Assembly: GCA_964016885.1 (NCBI GenBank)
Contig: OZ024740.1
Span: 329,406,001-329,470,000, forward strand
Origin: Eledone cirrhosa
Lineage: Eukaryota
Length of the DNA: 64,000 bases
Direction: 5' to 3'
Shown: positions 1-15,932 of the stretch, piece by piece
Position numbering within the stretch: the stretch's first letter is position 1
Layout of the letters: each line of letters opens with the position of its first letter
The notes under the pieces: generated by a model
What the model was told of the DNA's origin: nothing
The model's input: only the letters and a program-made list of their open reading frames with translations
The model's database searches: none
Program-made: the position numbers and the translations under genes

Positions 1-109
1 TATGTGTGTGTGTGTGTATGTGTGTGTGTGTGTTTTTTTACGTATTTGTATGTATGGGTATATATGTTTGTGTATATATAACCCATTTGCAACTCCGCAG
101 CACGTTTAT

Positions 110-184
<75 letters not shown>

Positions 185-713
185 CCCATACATGCAAATA
201 CGTAATATATACACATACACACGTAATAAATATATTAGTAATATATATATTAGTACTCAAAAATATTCATACATATCTATGAATGTGTTACGTATATTTG
301 CAGAGAGGAGGTTTCGGTGTTATAATTATGGATGAAGTAAGATCGTATAAAAATCATGTCATTGTTATAAGTTTGTGAAATTATACATCTGTGTCAAATA
401 TATCATTAGAATGAGGGAGTGTTCGGGGTGTCTTACAGAGTACACCTAGTGATAAAAAATGAAAATAAGGAATAGGTAAGTGTTATAGGTATAAAAAGCA
501 TGTAATCATAGTCAATATGTAAATGTTGTTTGTGTGTTATGGGTATAACTAAATGTATGTGTTCATATGGAAAATAAGTTTAGGATAGTTAGTGTTAATA
601 ATATTCATAATTGAAATATATGTTCAGGGTGGATATATGTCCGAATTGATGCTATGTTTATTCCAACAAAATTGCTGGTATGTTTATTCAAACAGGAAAG
701 CATATATGGCTAT

Positions 714-747
<34 letters not shown>

Positions 748-1276
748 CCCATACATGCAAATACGTAATATATACACATACACACGTAATAAATATATTA
801 GTAATATATATATTAGTACTCAAAAATATTCATACATATCTATGAATGTGTTACGTATATTTGCAGAGAGGAGGTTTCGGTGTTATAATTATGGATGAAG
901 TAAGATCGTATAAAAATCATGTCATTGTTATAAGTTTGTGAAATTATACATCTGTGTCAAATATATCATTAGAATGAGGGAGTGTTCGGGGTGTCTTACA
1001 GAGTACACCTAGTGATAAAAAATGAAAATAAGGAATAGGTAAGTGTTATAGGTATAAAAAGCATGTAATCATAGTCAATATGTAAATGTTGTTTGTGTGT
1101 TATGGGTATAACTAAATGTATGTGTTCATATGGAAAATAAGTTTAGGATAGTTAGTGTTAATAATATTCATAATTGAAATATATGTTCAGGGTGGATATA
1201 TGTCCGAATTGATGCTATGTTTATTCCAACAAAATTGCTGGTATGTTTATTCAAACAGGAAAGCATATATGGCTAT

Positions 1277-1278
<2 letters not shown>
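185..1278. repeat. Tandem duplication, period ~563 bp, units separated and bounded by (TA)n
   Basis: Sequence starting CCCATACATGCAAATACG at ~185 recurs apparently identically at ~748 and runs to GGCTATTATA at ~715 and ~1278. Confidence 0.9.
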
Positions 1279-1353
<75 letters not shown>

Positions 1354-1422
1354 AGATGTGTGTGTGTGTATATGATTTTACGTATGTGTATGTATGTGTA
1401 TAAGTGTATTTATGTGTATATG

Positions 1423-1466
<44 letters not shown>

Positions 1467-1480
1467 CATGTATATATGTA

Positions 1481-1512
<32 letters not shown>

Positions 1513-1681
1513 AATGAATATATATATATATATGTATATATGTGGGTATGTGTGTGTACATATATATGAATATATGTATGCATTTGTATGCCTATGTATA
1601 TGTATGTATGCGTGTATATGTGTATATATATAATTGTTTTTTATATGAATATATATGTATATATGTGTACATATACATATA

Positions 1682-1778
<97 letters not shown>

Positions 1779-1831
1779 TATAGGAAAGCTTCTACAAGAC
1801 TAGAACTGTTTCATTAGTGAGAAATCATCAG

Positions 1832-1932
<101 letters not shown>

Positions 1933-3199
1933 CATGAATATATGTATACATATATATACATATATATATACGCATATACACATACATACACATACGTAAA
2001 AAGATACATACATACACATCTATACAATATACATGTATATATAAATGTATATAAATGTATATATATATATGTGTATATAAATGTATATAAATGTATATAT
2101 ATGCATATATGTGAGTATGTATTTATGTATATATGTATATATGTGTAGGTATTTGTTTGTGTGTGTGTGTATGTATAATACACGAACAATCGAATAAAAT
2201 AATCATGTGATATTTGTCCATCATATTCAGGCATAGATAAATTGGAAATACCCGATTATACGGAATCTAGAGAAGATCTTATTATGTATATTGCATCTCA
2301 TTGTGTCATAACATATTAATGACTTTGAAAGGTAATTCGTGTTTGGTTTAATAGTGAGGGCGCATATCTTGGAAAAGGTCACAGAAGACAAGTGGGAGAT
2401 ACACATACATATGATATCTGACATTAGTTAAAAATAAATAGTTGTCTCAGTCAATGGCACTCAAATCTCAGTTGATGTTGTTAAAAGGGATAAGAGATCG
2501 GCACTTTAGTTCATGTAAAATTTAAAATACGTGTCAATCATGTACACATTTTATGTTGCCTGAAATAGGTTTTAGAGGTTAAATCCATTGCATTAAATAT
2601 TAAATGTGTATCAATTTATAATTACTAAGTTGGAAATAAAAATAGATGTTGCGCCGTGGTTTCATAGAGTATTTTGGCTTCTAAGGACGCCTGACAAGGA
2701 AAGTTAGCTGCACAACTTATATGACAGTGTTTCCAACAAATTTAACTCTGGCATACAACAATTGTTGCACAAAGTTAAAAACCCAAATAGGTTTGGAACC
2801 AATCCTTCAATTTTCCTATAACATTCCAATATTGAAAGAAACTTATTCATTTCTGGTTTTAACTTTGTAGAACATCATACACAGGATAACAGAAATGAAT
2901 TATTTCTGTGAAGTTATATTCTATGTAATTAAATCAATTTGAAAAAGAACACAGTATTGATTTTCCCACAGGGGGAATTTACAAATCTAGGTACTTATCT
3001 AGAACTGTTATCTCTTTCCATAGAAACAGAAATAAATAACAAGACGTTGAAAATCTAAAGAGCTTTAAAATGAAGAACATCCGCTCGTGAAGAAATATTA
3101 ATAATATTTTTGTAATGTTGCCAGATTAATATGATGAACATATAGATTTCAATGCAGAACAAAGAAAAAAGATTTCATAATAAATTAACTGTGAAAACA

Positions 3200-3329
<130 letters not shown>

Positions 3330-3565
3330 ATATGTATGTATATGTTTGACAAGAAGCAGCTGCATTTTAGTTGGCAGCGTATGTATGATGAAATTTGCAA
3401 CAGTGCTTATTTCAACGCCACACCCTGTTGAGTCTAAGAAAGCAACCCGCTATCCCATTGTGTGTACAGTTTCATATACTTCAGTATCAGACCATTAACA
3501 CGTTTTACCTTAGATACACAAGGAAGGAAAATATCTATCGGTGAGTTAGAATTCATATTTCATTG

Positions 3566-3745
3566 GCAGTATCGATAGAGGGTCAGACACCATGGTTTGC
3601 AGCATAGCGTTATGGCCCTTTGCGTTCTCTGTTCAAATCCTGCCGAGGTTAACTTTGCCTTTCATCCTTACGGGGTCGGTGAAATAAAGTACCAGTAAAG
3701 CACTGGGATAATTGCTGGCCTTGTGCCAAAAGTATAAACAATTAT
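3566..3745 (+). mobile_element. tRNA-derived SINE (octopus-type family)
   Basis: B-box-like GTTCAAATCC followed by GCCGAGGTTAACTTTGCCTTTCATCCTTACGGGGTCG...AAATAAAGTACCAGT and tail TTGCTGGCCTTGTGCC; further copies elsewhere in the window. Confidence 0.8.
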
Positions 3746-4755
3746 AATAAAAGCGTAATTACGTAACGATTCTACATGAAGTAGATTACTACATTACAAT
3801 GACTGAACCAGTGGTATATGTTCAAATTCGAAGACTATTCTGTCGCTTCTAATTTGAATGTTCATCTATGCAGTTATGCATATGCCGAAAACATTTAACA
3901 ATATGTCACCAAACGTTTCCAATGTAGTTTAAACATACGTACACGCACATGGTAATTTCCATTACAGGAATGAGATCCAACAAACCCGTCACCAGTCTAC
4001 TGATCAGATAAAGCGTCAAGATACAGAGATCACAATCATTACCTTGTCATAGCCCCATGATACCCATGTTGTAGCCGTATATAGATTCAATCAGGATTTT
4101 AATTGTAATGCATACGATCTTGGATGGATATATGTAAGATGAAATAGATAAAATCGCTTCGTCCTCAAGCATTCTCGTACACCAATACGAACAGGAACCT
4201 AGGTTCTACTATGACCAAACATCAATTGATGTAACCAATAAAGAAATAAGTGCCTGTCGGTATGTATGTATGTACGTATGTGAGTGTATCTATGTTATGC
4301 ATTTGCGGGCGTATCTATATGCTTTCTTTTCAATACGATTATGTGTACAAATCGAAGCTGCATTGACTCGGAAAAACTAAAAAACGTTATTTTTATATTG
4401 CAAAACTGAAATTTTATCATTCAATAATACATTCGCCTGTAAATATCACAAGTTCAGTACAAGGGATATATCTATTAGTTATCTATTATAGTTATTTCAA
4501 ATTTATCTCTGCAGTGAAAAAGAAAATAGAGATATACATTTCAATTAAAAATAATGTTGAACATTTATCAAAATTTAGCTTGTTTTTTCAATGTTCTATG
4601 GGAAAGTATTAAAGGAGATGCGATACAAATAGAACTTCATAGCAGTTACTTTTTAAAGCATAGATCAGAAATGGAATATTGAATACAAGTCTTAGACTAC
4701 ATTCATGAAATACATACACATTTGTGAAACCCCTGTCAGTTGAAATCTGATAAAA

Positions 4756-4910
<155 letters not shown>

Positions 4911-6068
4911 AAGAGAGACAAACATAGATATATACATATTTGCTTTCAATAAGGCTTGGTAAACTTTTTTTTCCTTGAGCTATTTAAATTATAATGGACT
5001 GTTGTGAGTTTTAAACTCAATATATACATTTGTTTCATATATATATTTAATATAAAAATGGCATCTACAGGACGAGAACTGTTTCATATTGAGTACCTTA
5101 CTTACTGTGTTTACACACACACACACCCACACATATATATATTCATATATAGAGAGATTAAATAATATATATATACTGTCGCATTTACATATGCACAAAC
5201 ATATGACAAGTCACACTCTCGTACACACATATATAAACACACATACACACCATCACGCACACAGTATAAACTATTAAATTTACATACGCATAAAACAAAT
5301 ACTATATAAAGAAACAACACTCGAACTTCCCCACAGCTTGATTTCTCTTGAAATGGTTATTGATTATGACAGCTACCTTTACAATTTTCTCAAATAATTC
5401 CAACCACAATACTTTTTCTCCAACCATCCAATGATGACCCACACATCTTTAAATCTCGGCACACTAACCTTAAATTCTTCTGATATCCACCCAACCTTTT
5501 TTCCTTCTGACCTACACAATGCTTCTCTCTAGTACCTCAGAGATCAACACATCACATCCCTGCTGACCATATAATTTCAATCTCTAGCAACACTATTTGT
5601 GCATATTACCTTTTTCAAAAATGTCCTTCCACTAATGGTGCCCAGTCACACATTAACACTTTCATATTGAGAGTAATTACCCATACACACAAGCTACATA
5701 TGCATAACATATACACCATCACCTCCGCACAGAGAATAACGCATTCAATCATATACACAAATACGCACATTCCAAAACGCAAACAAGTAAATCCCACACG
5801 CCTTACATTGATTCACTCAGATACCCACATATTATGACAGATATAAGCAAACTTTAGAGATACCGACACGAAGAATCTCATTTGACGCATGTATATATAT
5901 ATATATATATGCACAACTACATCGACGAGCTTCTTGCTGCCCTGATATCTCTATACGAACGCCCGAGTATTTGTGCTCGGATAAATGGTGCTAAATCAAA
6001 ACTATTCAAAATGGAAGTCGGATTCCGCCAAGAGTGAGTACTGTCACCTCTCCTGCTCATTATTCATA

Positions 6069-6614
6069 CTAGCAGAAAAACCACCCTTCAGGTGGTTTTC
6101 TGCTAGCATGTGTAGTGTGTATATTGATATTATACGCAGGTATATATACATGTAGATATGATACATCAAATAAAATCGTAATTGACAATATACACAGAAA
6201 TTGAACGAAGACTACGTTACACTGTCTTATGTAATCAGTAACGTAATCCATGATACATTAAAAAAGACGATATTATATATAAAATTCATTAGGAGAAAAT
6301 TAGTGACATAAAATTAGTATGTTTATTTAAGAGGTCGCCACCGGAAGTCTTGACATCACACACTCTCTCTTTCTATATATATGGTAGTTGAAGTGATAGT
6401 GATGGCGACGATATTGCGGAAGTACAACTTTGAAAAGAAGTCAATTTTAAATTATTTAATTTTACGAAATTATTTTTGTTTACGAAATTTAGTACATAAA
6501 TTATGTAATATCCATTCATTATTTATTCAAATGAATCCAACTTATTTTACTAACGTGGTAAAAAAACAAAAAACCGTATGCAGTCCCGCAGACCTTCCTT
6601 TATTATAGTTTAGA
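6069..6614 (-). mobile_element. Non-autonomous Helitron (~546 bp)
   Basis: The minus strand begins A|TCTAAACTATAATAAA and ends with hairpin CCACC-TGAAG-GGTGG then ...CTGCTAG|T. It is inserted between A and T with no TSD. Removing it restores the RTE frame (..LLII H-M NK). Confidence 0.8.
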
Positions 6615-6623
6615 TGAACAAAT

Positions 6624-6870
6624 GGCGGTGAATTGGGAGTATTGGTAGAGACTCGGACACCATGCTTTGAGGCATTGAGTTACGGTCCTTTATGCTCTGA
6701 GTTCAAATCCCGCCGAGGTTAACTTTGCTTTTCATCCTTACGAGGTCGATAAAATAAAGGACCAGTAACGTACGAGGTCGAGTTAATAGACTTTCCCCTC
6801 CCCCAAATTACTGGCCTTTTACCTATACTAGAAATCATTATTTCTGGTGCCAAAAGTAGAAACAATTATT
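6624..6870 (+). mobile_element. tRNA-derived SINE, near full length
   Basis: GGCGGTGAATTGG head, GAGTTCAAATCCCGCCGAGG B box, same body as the 3566 copy. Confidence 0.85.
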
Positions 6871-8059
6871 TATATAAACAGGATTGACATGCGCAGATGG
6901 GTTGGAAGTGGTATCACGACTTGCAAGTTCAAAATTAGTCGGCTGAAATTTCAAGACGTTACAGAACTCGAATGAAGCTGATCTCCGACTTCTATTTTAT
7001 AGGTTTGATGCTAAGTGATACATGATTGGAATGAAAAGTGATTCTGTGACAACTGAGACACACATACTCACAACGAATCTTGAGCAGTGCACGCTACATG
7101 TGAATGGAGTTCCACTGAAACAGATGGAGAATTTCAAGTATCTCGGGGACGTATTCACGTCTAATGGAAGGCAGGTGGGGGAATTAAGTGCAATAATAGA
7201 AGGATCTGGTGCAGTAATGTGCCATTTTCATTAATCAGTAACGTGCCATTCAGTAATCTGAAGAATGGAGGTGTGTGTATAATCCAAACTAGCTATCTTC
7301 AATTCGGTATTCGAGCCAACCCTTATCTATAGTCATCAGTCGTGGATAATGCCCGAAATAATACGATCGCAAATACAGGAGGCCGAAATCGATTTCCTGC
7401 GAAGGGTCTTTGGAGTAACTTTACACGATAGAGTGCGTACACGGAGATCAGAGAATTGCTCAACATAGAGCTGCTACTTCTCTGAATTGAGAGATCACAG
7501 TCCCGATACTATGGACCTGCGGTAAGAATGTTTCAAGAACGATTCGCTGGTCAAATTTTACGTGCAAAACCAACCGGCAGGAGACCACGAGCAAGATGGA
7601 TGAATGACACACATGAGTATGGCTAGTCTCGCTTAGGAATCCATCTGGATCAGTTGCAGACGGTTGATTCTGAATAGGGGGCGCTGAAAAGAGTGTTTCA
7701 CGACTTTGCCATCGCGACCCTCTCAGGAAAATATGGACGAAGAAGAAGAAGAAGAAGAAGAAGAAGAAGAGATATCTGTCATATGACAGGTAACAAAACA
7801 GGTATGTGAGAACGTCAGACACTGGCTTTTGCATTTAGGTCTGTCATCGTTGACGTTCACTCATTCATTACTGAGACACCAATACGATGTAGCGTATATG
7901 CCTATGAAAGATCGACTGGAGAGTTTTATTTGTATAGTGCACATAACACATCAGCTGGGATGCTCATTTGTATATAGTAGGAACTCACCGGCTAAGCTTA
8001 ATATATATATATGTATGGAGGACTCTGGGGTGTTATTGTCCACCCGGTATCTTTCCACA

Positions 8060-8093
<34 letters not shown>

Positions 8094-8111
8094 TTCAATA
8101 TATATATATTT

Positions 8112-8141
<30 letters not shown>

Positions 8142-8145
<4 letters not shown>

Positions 8146-8337
8146 ATAATTGTTTCTACTTTAGGCACAAGGCCAGCAATTATCCAGTGCATTACTGGTA
8201 CTTTTATTTTATCGACCCCGTAAGGATGAAAGGCAAAGTCAACCTCGGCGGGATTTGAACTCAGATCGTAAAGGGACGTAACTATGGTGGAAAGGATGGC
8301 GTCCGACCCTCTACCGATACTGCCAATCCACCGCCCT
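8142..8337 (-). mobile_element. tRNA-derived SINE
   Basis: Reverse complement of the same family (CTCGGCGGGATTTGAACTC, ACTGGTACTTTTATTTTATCGACCCC). Confidence 0.85.
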
Positions 8338-8413
8338 ATATATATAGTAATAATAATAAATTTGAAGACTAAAATTTGTTAAGGGTGAAAGCAGCGATTC
8401 TTTGCTTAAACTT

Positions 8414-8711
<298 letters not shown>

Positions 8712-8789
8712 TTAAGCAATATATATATATATATATATATATATTTCAATACATATATATACATTTCTGCAATGCCGAGAACGAAGAGA

Positions 8790-9300
8790 GCCCAAATCAT
8801 GGTAGTGCTCGATGCATGGTAAGGGGAAGAGTGTGTATGAAGGATAGAGTGAACTTGACAACGACACTTAGTAGTTTGGGCGCGTATGTAACAAGCCTTC
8901 TCAAGAGTATGATAGCTGCAAACTCTGCTAAGAGTATTGCAATTGCTTGTCAGATCAGAAATTGGTGCATGTTTAGACTGCAGCCAGCCACACGAACCTG
9001 TAAAATATCCTGAACAAGCAATGCCTGCACTTGGAATGTTTATTTAAGTGGGTATAGGCCTTGCACTCGACCAATCCCACTATCTGTGCATCGAAAATAC
9101 TAACCAAAAAGGAGAACTGGTCAACATCATTGTATGCTTCCGAAGCCTCAGGTTTCTTTTCAAGCGTATACTGAGGTATTTGTCGAATTCATGAAGGAAG
9201 CGATTTGGGGAATTGTGTGCTATGAGGTTACTTGTTGACACTTATAAGCACTTTAAGTCACTGGTAATAGCATATGGTCAAGGGTTTCAGAGTAAAAAGC
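8790..9300. repeat. Unclassified old interspersed repeat; diverged second copy at ~50770-51070
   Basis: GCTGCAAACT(C/T)TGCTAA..ATTGCAAT(T/C)GCTTGTCAGAT...TGAACAAGCAATGCCTG...ACTCGACCAA is shared by both loci. Confidence 0.6.
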
Positions 9301-9540
9301 TGGTTAGTAAAGATAGAACATGAAGCAAGTGGGGGATGGAAGGGTTGAAGGGTTAGAACCCTAAAAATATGCTACTAGCAGTGGCTGATAACAACTGACC
9401 AGCCTCAACAAGTCTCCTAATTCTACATATTCGTAAAAATCGTTTCCTTAAGAAATTCGTGAAGGTCTCCTACTGCCTCATTATACCCTCCTATATACAA
9501 ACCAAAATCGCTACGCCAAGATTTTATGTTTATACATTCA

Positions 9541-9580
<40 letters not shown>

Positions 9581-9587
<7 letters not shown>

Positions 9588-10325
9588 GTGAGGGTTTTTT
9601 TACAGAGTGCAAAATAACCGAGGTGTCCTACACGAATGAAAGTATAAAGAAAAAGAGATGAAATCGAAAATGCAACTGGAGTCTTATTTTTTTTTTAAAT
9701 ATATATATATTTATTTGGTTCCTTTACCGGTTTCGCAGTTCTTCTGCTTTTCAAAAGGTGAGTTGAGATGGAGGGTCTGTGGTTTTTCTCACATCTGGTT
9801 GGTCTCAGAATGTTACTTGTTTTATATGGTAAAAGTGGCTCGAAATGCCAGGTTTTTCGAGAAGTAATTTGATTGGTTTGTAAATAATTATAATAAATTT
9901 CGCGCCAGTTCGCGTTACAATAGTTCTTCAAATAAGAGGGGTGGGGGTTGTGACAGGTTGTTTTTTTCATATATGAGTGTTTGAAATTCAAACACTCATA
10001 TATGAAAAAAACAACCTGTGACAACCCCCCCCTCTCTTATTTGAAGAACTATTGTAACGCGAACTGGCGCGAAATTTATTATAATTATTTACAAACCAAT
10101 CAAATTACTTCTCGAAAAACCTGGCATTTCGAGCCACTTTTACCATATAAAACAAGTAACATTCAGAGACCAACCAGATGTGAGAAAAACCACAGACCCT
10201 CCATCTCAACTCACCTTTTGAAAAGCAGAAGAACTGCGAAACCGGTAAAGGAACCAAATAAATATATATATTTTAAAAAAAATAAGACTCCAGTTGCATT
10301 TTCGATTTCATCTCTTTTTCTTTCT
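9581..10325. mobile_element. Fold-back PLE-type terminal repeat; ~335 bp near-perfect arms with centre ~9985
   Basis: 9650-9984 is the reverse complement of 9986-10322. Each arm carries a hammerhead. The family recurs at 33383-33540 and 55980-56170. Confidence 0.75.
10214..10251 (+). ncRNA. Minimal type I hammerhead ribozyme, U3-A8 core variant (mirror copy 9721-9758, minus strand)
   Basis: CCTT-TTGAAAA-GCAG(AAGAA)CTGC-GAAA-CCGG-TA-AAGG: stem I 4 bp, stem II 4 bp, palindromic stem III ACCGGT, cleavage triplet GUA. Confidence 0.75.
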
Positions 10326-10444
10326 CTCTCTCTCTATATATATATGTGTGTGTTTGTGTGTGTAAATATGTATATACACACACACACACAGATATATATA
10401 TATATATATATATATGTATTTACTTACATATATATATATACCTA

Positions 10445-10499
<55 letters not shown>

Positions 10500-12103
10500 A
10501 GAGCCAGAGAAAGGGGGTAGGTGTATAAATTCTTGTGCGTGTGTATATTCATCTAAAGCTGTTTCAAGTCCAACACTGAGATTTTTATACAGTCAGGCAT
10601 ACAAGCAACACTGTAAAAATCAATAGTAACGCAATTTTACGAAATCAGAATGTAAAAAGTTTAAAGGAAGCGTCGAACAAGCATCGATTCGGTAATGTAT
10701 TTGAAAGGATATGTAGGAATATATAGGCAAAATTGCAGTAAAATCTTTTGAGCAAACAGTACATCATCGATAATACTTAAGAATTTTCCGCCTCCAGTCA
10801 AGACTATACTACCAAATACTACAACTCGATAAGACATTGTTGGTTACTTATATATAGATTAATCTAGGGCATTTGGCAAAATAGTAAGACACAGAAGGAA
10901 AGAAAAAATTACACTACGTTTCGGTTCAAAACCTATCAATTGTGAGTGGAACTCAAAAACAAAGATTTATAATAATTTCGTATTTGTCGTACTCTATTAT
11001 GCACCTTGGAGTGTCAGAAGGCTTAAACATGATATTGTGTTAAATATTATGTTAAATATTAATGGACATGTTATTTCTAAGAGTTGATGATATATAACAC
11101 CTGCTCCTCTACCGGTTGATGTATGTGCATGTGTGTGTTCATATCATCCGCATCATGTTATTTATATTATCGTCTATAATTTTGATGGTAAATGCGATGT
11201 CATTATTCATGCCTTTGCACTTTTAGTGTACCTGCGTTGCAATATACCAAACACCATATTCCCTATTAAATTGAAATGGTACACTGAAAAACGATAGACA
11301 AGCCTTCATATTTAGCTTCGCCTCTATATTTTCCCACTCTCCCCACTATAAATCTAGTTACCAAAAATTGATTCTCCTATCTGTACTCTATTTCTCAATA
11401 AATCAGTAAAGATATAATTTAAAAAATAATTATATTCATGTTGTTTCAGAGTATAATAGATAGTTATAAAAGTCAATATAATTTTGTGTGGACATATTAA
11501 TTTAAATAAAGGAGACTAAGTATTTTTAAGGAACGAGAAATTACAATTTTGAGTATTTCAAAAGAAATGAAAAAATATGGTTTAAGCTTTAGTGATATAT
11601 TAAACGGACGGAAGGAATAGTTTGTAGGTTTGTAATAAAATATAATAGATTTAATTATTAAGGTAAATAATGAAAGATAAAGAGAGATTGATATTGTGTG
11701 CTACTGTTCGTGTTATGCGGAATAACAAGTGTAATAAATATAGTTATTGCAGTATGGTTAACGTAGAATATAAAAAAATTGATTTACTGTCATATTAAAT
11801 ATGTGTTCGGAGATTTTGGAAGGTACATCCTTAGATTAAAAGTGATATAAATAATTTTGTACATATGGCAAACATAATCGTAGGTAGAATTAACTATATA
11901 ACAATATTGTTTAAGTGTACAAAGTATATACGATGGGGAGGTCTTTCGGTATGTGTTGCAATTACGATGTGACCAAAAGCATCTATTTCAATAAAATTTG
12001 TCAGATAGTAAGAGAGAGAAAGAAACTAACCGAAAGAGTAAGCGAGAGAGGGGAGAAATAGAAAAAATATAGATCGATAGATAAGGAGAGAGAGAGAGTA
12101 AGA

Positions 12104-12194
<91 letters not shown>

Positions 12195-12809
12195 AATAGA
12201 TGGATTATTTATATAAATGCATAACGGTTGTGTGAACTAACCCAGAACGGTGCGTTGTGTTCCTGAGCAGATGACTTTATTTCACGTTGCTCTTGATATG
12301 AATTGCGACGTCGCTGGTGACAAGTTGTATCGTCTTTACCTTTCACTTTGACAACATATGTGGCGGCGAGAGGGGGGGGGGGCTGGGACGCATGGGCGAC
12401 TGCTAGCCTTCCACAACAAATATTACCCAGGCTTGTGCCTCCGAGGGGAACTTTCCAGGTGTAAATCCATGGTTATTCGTGACCGAAAGGAGTCTATGTT
12501 GAGACTTCAGCAAAGCATGTTTCGACTATGCTACAGAATTTGTTTGACGGATCTTAACAATGACAACAAGCTTTGCTGAAACATCTCAAACAATTTGCAA
12601 GAAAATAAATGAAAGTATTTATAATTTCTATTTTTATTCGAATAGGCTACGTTGCCAGTTCCGGTAAAATAGATAAACATGTTTTTTATGCTTATTTTAC
12701 TGGTAAATATAAATAGTGTTAGTGTTGGGTTAGGGTTTAAATAGTTTTAATAATTGGTGCTGAAAATAAATAAATTGTGTTGATAATTTGAATATTACCT
12801 GCCTTCATA

Positions 12810-12985
12810 ATAATGGTTTCTGATTTAGGGGAACCATGATTAAATCTACACCAGAGCATTACTGGTACTTTATTTTATCGACACTGTAAGGTTGAAAGGG
12901 AAAGCTAACCTTGCGGAATTTAAACTCAAAACCTAAAGGGAAGCAAATCTATGATGCAAAGCATGGTGTCTGATTCTCTTACCGT
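12810..12985 (-). mobile_element. tRNA-derived SINE, diverged
   Basis: GCATTACTGGTACTTTATTTTATCGAC...GCGGAATTTAAACTC matches the family in reverse orientation. Confidence 0.7.
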
Positions 12986-13304
12986 AACAATAGGCCCCTG
13001 TTACTTTATTGATACATCATATGAAGTGTGGCCTGTTGTAGTTTGCATGAAGCATAATGGAGTGGTTGAAAACATTTTAAAAACCTACACCAATTCAAAT
13101 AAAATATTATATGTATAAATATCGATAAAGAATATGTTTGGTAACATACATTGGAAATATTTCGTTAGTCATTTATTTTCCCGGAGAAAACAAAACACAT
13201 GCCACAAGAAAGGTTTAGGAAAAACTGTGTATAGCAGAAAAATCATCATTCGAAAAGTCTTTATAAAAGTTTTATGCTTTGCCTCACTATGATAACTACA
13301 TATG

Positions 13305-13394
<90 letters not shown>

Positions 13395-13449
13395 TGTGTA
13401 TGTGTGTTTGTGTGTGTGTGTGTATGTGTGTGTGTGAGTATGTATATAT

Positions 13450-13497
<48 letters not shown>

Positions 13498-13956
13498 GGA
13501 GTTAGACTACACACACATATATGCACGCACGTACACAGTCGAACAGTAGCAACAGGTTTCACACACATATGTCCTATTACTTTGCTATCAGTTTAGTACC
13601 CTTGTGGCCTAATGCTTTATGGCTGTCACATGCATATTGGGAGTGCTTAATATTATTGTGCTTTTCTATTGAACATTAATCTGGAAACTGTTTCATTTGG
13701 TATGCCTAATAAGCTTATCACATCAAATGGTCGGATATAATTCCAGATGTTTGTGTAAATGATTTCTGAAGCATAAATTCATATAATGCTGGTAAAATGA
13801 CGCAAGCTACTATGGTAATACAAACTAAGAAATAGCAAACAAATTCTGAAATACATAAATATATAATTGCATTTTACAAGATCTACATGAATGCACATGT
13901 TTGAACATAAAAATGTATCTCACTTTGCAATAAAATAATTCGAAATTTGTAATACT

Positions 13957-14652
<696 letters not shown>

Positions 14653-14679
14653 TCACAATATATATATATAGAGAGAGGG

Positions 14680-14775
14680 TCGGTAGAGGTTCGGACGCCA
14701 AGCTTTGACGCATAGACTTACGGCCCTTGCCATTCTCTGTTCAAAACCCATCGAGGTTAACTTTGCATTTCATAC
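14680..14775 (+). mobile_element. tRNA-derived SINE 5' fragment
   Basis: GGTAGAGGTTCGGACGCC...CTCTGTTCAAAACCCATCGAGGTTAACTTTGC matches the family. Confidence 0.7.
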
Positions 14776-15186
14776 TGCAATGCTCTAATTAATACAATGT
14801 CATAAGTTTCTAACATAGTGTTTTCTTCATTATTATATCAATACCCCATCATACATGAACCTGAGTGATCACATCAGAATCTGGAAATACACAGTGTAGA
14901 GTGCTTAAATCATGTTAGCTGATTTAAACTGACAACTGAAAAAAACAATAAAAGATAGAGTAACACGAACGAACGCAGTATATATACAGTCCGGAGCCGA
15001 ACATTATTGCGTTCCCACACAACAACACCTTTTCTACCTCTAACCAACTCATTTTGTATACTCTGATACCCGGACTTGTTTTTACTAAATACAAGCTCTG
15101 TATAATCATGGAGCGAGAGGCAAACGGTGATCTTAGCCAAATTCAAATTGTCTGGTTCTATAAATGTATATGTATATATATATACA

Positions 15187-15537
<351 letters not shown>

Positions 15538-15877
15538 TATATATATATATGTATATATATATGCATTGAGAGAGAGTGAGTGAAAGAAAGAGGGAGATAG
15601 AGAGGGGGGGGTAGAGAGAGAGAACATGAAAAATAAACGGATACAACTCAAACGCTAGATATAGTAGGAAAATTATGTCACTTTTCCTACTGTCTCAAGC
15701 TTGAGTTGTATCCGTTTATCTTTCTTCCATTGAACCAGTTTTAACGTTATAGGTGTAACAAGTGTAGCAAACAGCATTAACCTTATAGTACACTGTATCG
15801 CCCTTTTAACATTAGGAATCGCTATTACACTCCTAGTTATATATACTCTGTTATAGTTAATGTATAAAGTATTATAG

Positions 15878-15932
<55 letters not shown>

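Larger units (their letters stand above)
5915..7770 (+). mobile_element. Decayed RTE-clade LINE, 3' part (RT domain to 3' end), interrupted by a Helitron and a SINE
   Basis: Translates to LISLYE..ARINGAKSKLFKMEVGFRQE*VLSPLLLII (GxRQGxxLSPxLF motif), then VNGVPLKQMENFKYLG and ..QEAEIDFLRRV; ends in a (GAA)n tail at 7740-7770. Confidence 0.85.

Noticed and set aside
325-390. HHR-like GGATGAAG...GAAATTATAC in the 563 bp duplication
   Set aside because: The core and stems do not fit.
3968-4132. Possible exon with AG/GTAAG boundaries (similar candidate at ~38610-38715)
   Set aside because: Stop codons in the frames examined and no recognisable protein.
10880-12000. Very decayed minus-strand PLE with HHR remnant near 10911-10945; similar remnant at ~16615-16650
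   Set aside because: Suggestive but too degenerate to support without alignment.
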